Source: Candidatus Bathyarchaeota archaeon (GTDB lineage Archaea > Thermoproteota > Bathyarchaeia > Bathyarchaeales > Bathycorpusculaceae). From it: a DNA stretch of 64,000 bases. The notes beneath the pieces were generated by a model. It was not told the origin of the DNA, searched no databases, and saw nothing but the letters and a program-made list of their open reading frames with translations. The DNA lies in the NCBI GenBank assembly GCA_963777155.1, contig CAVZPM010000034.1, forward strand, positions 1 to 64,000. The letters run 5' to 3'. Shown piece after piece: positions 58,901-64,000 of the stretch; positions within the stretch are counted from its first letter, which is position 1; the number at the start of each line of letters is the position of its first letter. The position numbers and the translations under genes are program-made.

Positions 58901-61646
58901 AGCCGAAAAAACCCAGCTACAAACCAAATTCGGAAGCCGCTTCCAAGAATTAGGAACCAACTGGCAAGACATCGTCTCGGTACTTGAATGGTGCAAAAAA
59001 GTACAAGCTGCCTTCGCTGATATCCCCGTGCCACAAGCCTTTGCAGACATTGCCGCTCAAGGATACAAGTCAGCGCCATCAAACTTAGAGTTAACTCAAA
59101 GAAAAGAGGCGTCCTTGAAGGTTTTGACAGATTTTGAAAAGCGCTTTGAAACAGAGATTAGATATCAAAATCAGAAACTGAAAGAATTGGAAATAAAAGT
59201 CATAGGCGAACGCATTCAGGCACTCCGCGAACGCGTGGATGAGGTGCAGGTTTGGATTGACTTTAAAGATGTCAAAAACCGCTTTACCCTCAGAAACCTT
59301 GACCCCTTCTTTGACAATTTAGTTGAGCAAAATATTGCGGCAGGTGACTTGGGTGCTGTTTTCCGCAAAAGTGTCTATCAGGAATGGATAAATAACCTTT
59401 ATAACGAAGACCAGACTTTGGGCAGGTTCCGCCGGGAAAACCACGAGCAGTTAATTACTGATTTCCGAAAACTTGACCAAGAACTAATTCGCCTCACTTC
59501 CAGCATGGTTATTGAATCCGCCAATAGTAGAAAACCCCAAGACATCCTCATCCAAGCAGCTGACTCAGAAGCCAACATTCTGCTCAAGGAAGCCGCAAAA
59601 AAACGACGATTGATGCCCATCAGAACTCTGATGCAAAAGATACCAAACCTCCTGGTTAAACTCAAACCATGTTTATTGATGAGCCCAATCTCCGTAAGCC
59701 AGTTTCTACCCCCAGACAACAAATTCGACCTTGTTCTCTTCGATGAGGCATCGCAGCTTGTCCCCGAAGACGCTATCGGTGCAATCTACCGAGGAAAAAC
59801 CCTCGTGGTCGCAGGAGACAACAAGCAGTTGCCACCCACAAGCTTTTTCCAGAAAAACTTTATCGACGACGTCGACTGGGATGAACTAAGCGACGACGAC
59901 ATCGAAATCTTCGACAGCATACTTGACGAGTGCTTGGGCATCGGCTTGCCCGTAAAAACGCTAAGGTGGCACTACCGCAGCAAACACGAAGAACTAATCG
60001 CGTTCTCCAACCACCGCTTCTACGACGACACCATGATAACGTTCCCAGCAGCAAAAGCAGAAACTGATAGTTTAGGCGTAAAACTTGTTCACGTGCCAGA
60101 TGGCATCTACGACCGCGGCGGCGCAAGAAACAACCTCAAAGAAGCAGAAAAAGTCGCCGAACTCGTGTTTGACCATTTTAAAAATTACCCTAAAAAAACC
60201 CTCGGAGTCGTAACTTTTAGCATTGCTCAGATGGATGCTGTTGAGGAAGCTATAGACCGCCGACTTAAAGAACAGCCCGACTTTGAGAATTTCTTCAAAG
60301 AAGACCGTTTGGAAGGCTTCTTCGTGAAGAACCTCGAGAACGTACAGGGCGACGAACGCGACGTCATATTCTTCAGTGTCGGCTATGGATTCGACCAGCA
60401 GGGACAAATGACCCTGAACTTTGGACCCCTAAACAAACCAGGTGGCGAGCGACGCTTAAACGTTGCCGTCACGCGTGCCCGGGAAAAAGTTGTTCTGATT
60501 ACCTCGATTCACGGCAGTGACATCGACAAAGAAGCAAAAGCCATAGGAATTCAAACCTTGCGAGCATACCTTGATTACGCAGAGCACGGACCAGTTCTTC
60601 AATTAGCTGATTCTAGCGCAGCAGTGTTTGAATCGGCTCTGGACGAAGACGTAGCAGCTGAAATCAAAAAGATGGGGTACGAAATTGTCCCAGAAGTTGG
60701 TTGTAGCGGTTATAGGATCGACATCGGCGTGGTGGACCCAGTGAACAAAGGATGCTTTCTTCTTGGTATAGAATGCGACGGAGCCACATACAAATCAAGT
60801 AGCAGTGCTCGAGACCGCGATCGACTTCGAGAACAAGTCCTTCGGCAACTGGGTTGGCGCATCCATCGGATTTGGTCACCAGCATGGGTTGCAAGACGCG
60901 ACTCAGAAATAAGGCGGCTAAAAGAAGTCCTTGAACAAGCCCAGAAGATACAACTTGATAAAGAAATCCAAAAACCCATAATCGGCATCAAAGAAGCGCC
61001 TCAAACAGATGTACAGAAAAATGCCTTTGGAGGTATAGAGAAAATCGGTGTCCCATACAAAGTCTACCCTCTGAAGGCTACCTATAATCCCTACATCAAA
61101 GTTACAACTGCCAAGACTACATATGACTCCAAACAGAAGAACGAGTTTCACTTCCCGGAGAATAGAGAAAACCAGACCAACCTTCTCTCTGAACTAATTC
61201 AAAACGAGGGGCCAGTTCACTTTGACTATGCCGTTGAACGCTTAGCGGCTACGTGGGGTATTAAGCAAGTCAACCCAAAGATCGCCCATGCCGTAAAAGA
61301 AGCATTGAACAATCTGATTAGAGAACAGAAAGTTGCAATCAAGGGTAGTTTTCTCTGGCCAACAGGGCTTAAACAGACACCTGTTCGTGTTCCAATTCAG
61401 GGTATCCTCGAATCTAAGCGTAAACCTGAATACATCACGCCTGAGGAGGTTGAATCGGCAATGATAACCGTTGCCAAGTACGCTTTAGGCATAAGTGATG
61501 ATTCGTTGATTGCTGAAACCGCTAAAGTCTTCGGACTTAATCATTCAGGCGAAGAAGCAAAAATAGTATTTTCTGAGGTTCTCAAGCGGTTGATTAGAGA
61601 AAGAAAGGTTGTCTGCAAAGACGACGGCACAGTTACTGTAGCTTAA
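55992..61646 (+). CDS. DUF4011 - SF1 (UPF1-like) helicase - Vsr-like nuclease - DUF3320 protein
   Basis: W..RLIDLSRRNNLL, DADSSQ, GPPGTGKSQTI, FDEASQ, GDNKQLPP, HYRS, ENVQGDERD, RRLNVAVTRAR, YRIDI..GIECDG..RDRLR..LGW.IHRIWS, EGPVH. Confidence 0.9.
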   Translation: MTETTPSSPMKRVEDWKSRLIDLSRRNNLLYFHKGKRGNLPITQPDQQKIFDLLVIKKNHLEFFTPPEETKAEKDEKPNANPKRKDKPTPKTSKPEVKTAQIEEPKHPTANQLVSDNLSRVDLDRTLKNLERRSLLDYMERGVRILHAAFGTLNWVDPETKENVQSPLILVPLELSKETFRQPYNISVPPVEDEAVLNPALQAKFKNDYKIELPPMPEEWEKQKLTDYFKMVETAVAEMGWKTEPSVDLGLFSFQKLVIYKDLESNAPLVIQHPIIKAISGIKEDNLILSGLPDEKDVDKIEAPAKTYQVLDADSSQRVSIEYALRGQSFVMKGPPGTGKSQTIANIIAECIAHGKSVLFVSEKMAALEVVYKRLSEVGLAHFCLELHSSKANKQQVVAELKRSLDENLVPRKLPSAHEFEQIAEYREALNGYVTVLHEKRPYLQRSVYEVLSIISSLERTPFVPVGLTELGTLTPQKMSELEDLVSQLSKVWQVVEEPDFPWLGYRADKYNLEIRSELLTTLEGINETLQGLLLEAEDFSARLGVFPPDTFERIQWLLDVSKFLSESLQPEAYWLTHSNLDELVNEAKNYLETSIWIKNTRANLLERYQSSLFTLALNRSAEIQLVVEAIGKMLPAVNVDTGNLLTKCEKLLSYLRSTQLAARKWRETSQALAQLLGLDAVDLTVTQLKQLSRMAMLCFADDKPEPQWFDSKYLEQVQETVAKAKQLYQEHNLLKSRLEQIYSDGIYELDLDGLIERYGGEYQSSLRLFNSTYRNDQKRIAHVTNDGKVPKEILNDLIDARKVKRLHDKIEKEAETFRVLMGHFYNRTRTDYQGAEKAIALTDEIKKLSWATQIPEKLISLLTNSSNPSPMIKNLSLELQESVDKWEQQGKDLESLIPVSLPKSDASINWTLLSLLEEWASETEKQLNALCTITKDTLATSKQEPQNYKQLIEDLKNAEEIRKKETQIVAEKTQLQTKFGSRFQELGTNWQDIVSVLEWCKKVQAAFADIPVPQAFADIAAQGYKSAPSNLELTQRKEASLKVLTDFEKRFETEIRYQNQKLKELEIKVIGERIQALRERVDEVQVWIDFKDVKNRFTLRNLDPFFDNLVEQNIAAGDLGAVFRKSVYQEWINNLYNEDQTLGRFRRENHEQLITDFRKLDQELIRLTSSMVIESANSRKPQDILIQAADSEANILLKEAAKKRRLMPIRTLMQKIPNLLVKLKPCLLMSPISVSQFLPPDNKFDLVLFDEASQLVPEDAIGAIYRGKTLVVAGDNKQLPPTSFFQKNFIDDVDWDELSDDDIEIFDSILDECLGIGLPVKTLRWHYRSKHEELIAFSNHRFYDDTMITFPAAKAETDSLGVKLVHVPDGIYDRGGARNNLKEAEKVAELVFDHFKNYPKKTLGVVTFSIAQMDAVEEAIDRRLKEQPDFENFFKEDRLEGFFVKNLENVQGDERDVIFFSVGYGFDQQGQMTLNFGPLNKPGGERRLNVAVTRAREKVVLITSIHGSDIDKEAKAIGIQTLRAYLDYAEHGPVLQLADSSAAVFESALDEDVAAEIKKMGYEIVPEVGCSGYRIDIGVVDPVNKGCFLLGIECDGATYKSSSSARDRDRLREQVLRQLGWRIHRIWSPAWVARRDSEIRRLKEVLEQAQKIQLDKEIQKPIIGIKEAPQTDVQKNAFGGIEKIGVPYKVYPLKATYNPYIKVTTAKTTYDSKQKNEFHFPENRENQTNLLSELIQNEGPVHFDYAVERLAATWGIKQVNPKIAHAVKEALNNLIREQKVAIKGSFLWPTGLKQTPVRVPIQGILESKRKPEYITPEEVESAMITVAKYALGISDDSLIAETAKVFGLNHSGEEAKIVFSEVLKRLIRERKVVCKDDGTVTVA

Positions 61647-62325
61647 TTTCCTCATTTATTTTCTTAATCAGAACAGGCAAATCCGTCAACGATGTTATTA
61701 TGTAGTTTGCACTGTTGCCCATCAACTGCTCAGTTGAGGATAAACCAGTCGTTAACCCTACAGCGACGGCTTTTAGCTCTGCGGCGCTTTGCATATCAAC
61801 AATGCTGTCACCAACAATCAAAGTATCTTTGGGGCGAACACCCAAGGTTTTAAGGGCCAATTCAAACTGTTCAGTATGTGGCTTAACATACTTTACCCTA
61901 TCTCTTGGAACAACTACCTTGAAGTAGCTGTCAATTTTAAATCGATGCAAAATATAGTTGACCGCTCTTTCGCTATTCGTTGTGCACAAACCCATTCTCA
62001 GGTTCATTTTCTGTAGAGCTTTGAGGGTTTCAACCACTCCACTCAGCAAGCTTGTGGATGCAGCGGCTTCCATCTCATATTTTTCGGCAATAACCAATGC
62101 GCGATTTCGGATTTCATCAAAGGCTTCTGCAGACTTGGAGTTGTTTTTGACAAAAATCTCTGCTTTTTTAAGCATTTCAAAAATGCTCTCATTTACTTCT
62201 AGAACAGAGATGGGCACACGTGTACTGATAAGGTAACTGCGGACTTCAGATCGTAAAGCTTTAAAATCCAAGTTGAAGTGGGCTAGTGTTCCGTCTAAGT
62301 CAAATATCACTGCTTCTATCGTCAA
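61633..62325 (-). CDS. HAD-family phosphatase (Gph-like)
   Basis: FDLDGTL, KPH, VGDS..D. Confidence 0.9.
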   Translation of the reverse strand: MTIEAVIFDLDGTLAHFNLDFKALRSEVRSYLISTRVPISVLEVNESIFEMLKKAEIFVKNNSKSAEAFDEIRNRALVIAEKYEMEAAASTSLLSGVVETLKALQKMNLRMGLCTTNSERAVNYILHRFKIDSYFKVVVPRDRVKYVKPHTEQFELALKTLGVRPKDTLIVGDSIVDMQSAAELKAVAVGLTTGLSSTEQLMGNSANYIITSLTDLPVLIKKINEEIKLQ

Positions 62326-62507
62326 GACTGTTAGCTCCGTTTTCCGTCGGGTGGTTTGGGGTTAACACTTCTCTAACAGAAATATACCTTGTGGTAATCC
62401 TTAACAGTGGCTAATAGAAGGCTATTGACAGGTATTGAGTTTATGCTTTCCGATGTAGTGTACGGTAGACTAATAACCTCATAGATGCATCAAATGGTTG
62501 ATGGCCT

Positions 62508-62723
62508 ATGAACATAGAAGATTACACTAAAGAAAGACTTTGGCAGTTACTCGTCCAAGCAGTCCACGCATCTGTAATGTATCCAACTCATAAGGCATAT
62601 ACTCGCGACAGCATATTGCCAAAGAATGCTGAAATTTCTCCGACTGAACTTGCAGAGCGATTAGGGATGCCGCTTGGTGAGGCGATGGTTATTTTGAGCG
62701 AGTTAGCACAAGATAGAACATGA
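62508..62723 (+). CDS. Small hypothetical HTH-like protein
   Basis: 71 aa, ISPTELAERLGMPLGEA. Confidence 0.7.
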   Translation: MNIEDYTKERLWQLLVQAVHASVMYPTHKAYTRDSILPKNAEISPTELAERLGMPLGEAMVILSELAQDRT

Positions 62724-62807
62724 TTTGTTTGCGGCTTATGTTTTTTGGCGCATAATAGTCGATATGTTTATATTTGCATTTCGGGTTCCCTAAAAATAGG
62801 GAAAAGA

Positions 62808-64000
62808 ATGAAAACAACATCAATAATAGCAATCGTACTTATCGTAATAATCTTGTCCGGAGTGGGCGCATATGCTGCTTACACCTACAGCCAAAACAAC
62901 GAACAAAACACAAAGCCAACCCCAACACCCTCACCTTCTCCAACTCCATCAATCACACCTTCGCCAAGTCCTACCCCTACCCCAACGACAAGACCTACCC
63001 CAACTGCAAGCCCAACAGCATCTCCTATCCCCTCGCCGTCCCCTACTCCTATGCCTAGCCCAACCACTTTGAAAGTTGCTACAACAACAAGCCTCTACGA
63101 CACAGGTCTAGAAGATACTCCTGAAACTTTGAAAAACGGTACTGTCATTAAGAGATGACTTGAAAGATTCCTTCCAAGCCAAATATCCATGGATAACCGT
63201 CAACTTCATTGCTTTAGGAACAGGTGCCGCCATAGCTCAAGCACAAAGAGGCGACGCAGACATGCTCCTAGTTCATTCACCATCACAAGAACTAACCTAT
63301 CTCAAAGGTGGTTATGGAGTAGACCGTAAAATAATCGCATACAACTACTTCATCATTGTCGGACCAGCAAGCGATCCTGCGCACATCAGCGGTTTGACTA
63401 ATGTAAGCCAAGCCTTAGTAAACATCTATACTGCCGCCCAAACCCCTGGTAATAATGTACTTTGGTTCTCAAGGAACGATGCTTCAGGAACAAACACAAA
63501 AGAGATATCGCTCTGGACAGCCGCAGGCTACAACTACACTCAATTAACAAATACAACATTGAATGGTTCATGGTTTAAATCTACTGGAACAGGAATGGGA
63601 CAAACACTACTGGCTACAAACTACTATGGCAGCATTGGTGGATATACTATTGCAGACACAGGAACGTACCTATCTTATTCTACGAGGGGTGACATTCAGC
63701 TGAAAGTGCTAGTCCAAGGACAACAATCCTTGCTAAACGTATACAGCGCAATAATTGACGATCCCAGAAACGCTGCTCTAACAAATACAAACTTTGCTGC
63801 TTCTCTATTATTCGTTAACTACTTGGTGTCTCCTGAAGGTCAACAGTTGATCGGTAACTATGGTGTAACAATCTACAACCAATCACTATTTACTCCGTTT
63901 GTACCGTTAGCCAGTGGCGCTGTTTCCAACGATACAGTGTTAGGCTGGATAAAGAGCTACGCCTATATGAGCTCTGATACAGTGCCAGTAATAAGCGCAA
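62808..64000 (+). CDS. tupA: TupA-like tungstate ABC substrate-binding protein with P/T/S linker; +1 frameshift ~63152; truncated by the window end
   Basis: [11 protein letters not shown], then GTGAA...[45 protein letters not shown] in the next frame. Confidence 0.85.

Noticed and set aside
62910-63065. CCA/ACC-rich low-complexity repeat and overlapping ORFs
   Set aside because: An ordinary Pro/Thr/Ser linker of TupA; the alternative-frame ORFs are shadows

Overview
Archaeal chromosomal window, most consistent with Bathyarchaeia. This is inferred from the TATA/Shine-Dalgarno usage, archaeal SRP RNA, DGGGPL reductase, Dph5, RbkR/RibL, PQQ-propeller surface proteins and many TTG/GTG starts. 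Housekeeping content: tRNA-Lys(CTT), 7S SRP RNA, a trpE(G)DCBA operon without trpF, corrinoid uptake/salvage (btuFCD, DUF2284, cbiZ, cobD, cbiB), Ni/Co permeases, mre11-rad50, rps10, AsnC plus asparagine synthetase plus PEPCK, thiolase/DUF35, a 1884-aa DUF4011/DUF3320 SF1 helicase and a partial tupA. Many conserved genes carry single-base (mostly +1) frameshifts that look like sequencing errors. No CRISPR array, IS or integrase was seen. The most notable oddities are: (i) an in-frame YegP/DUF1508-repeat-MscL fusion with an internal ribosome binding site; (ii) three unannotated ~40-aa microprotein genes; (iii) two start-less surface-protein tail cassettes flanking a start-less TrmB gene; (iv) an RNase HII-like fold fused to a CxxC-x17-CxxC finger; (v) several candidate operators or structured RNAs. 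All family assignments come from motif recognition by eye, not database searches.
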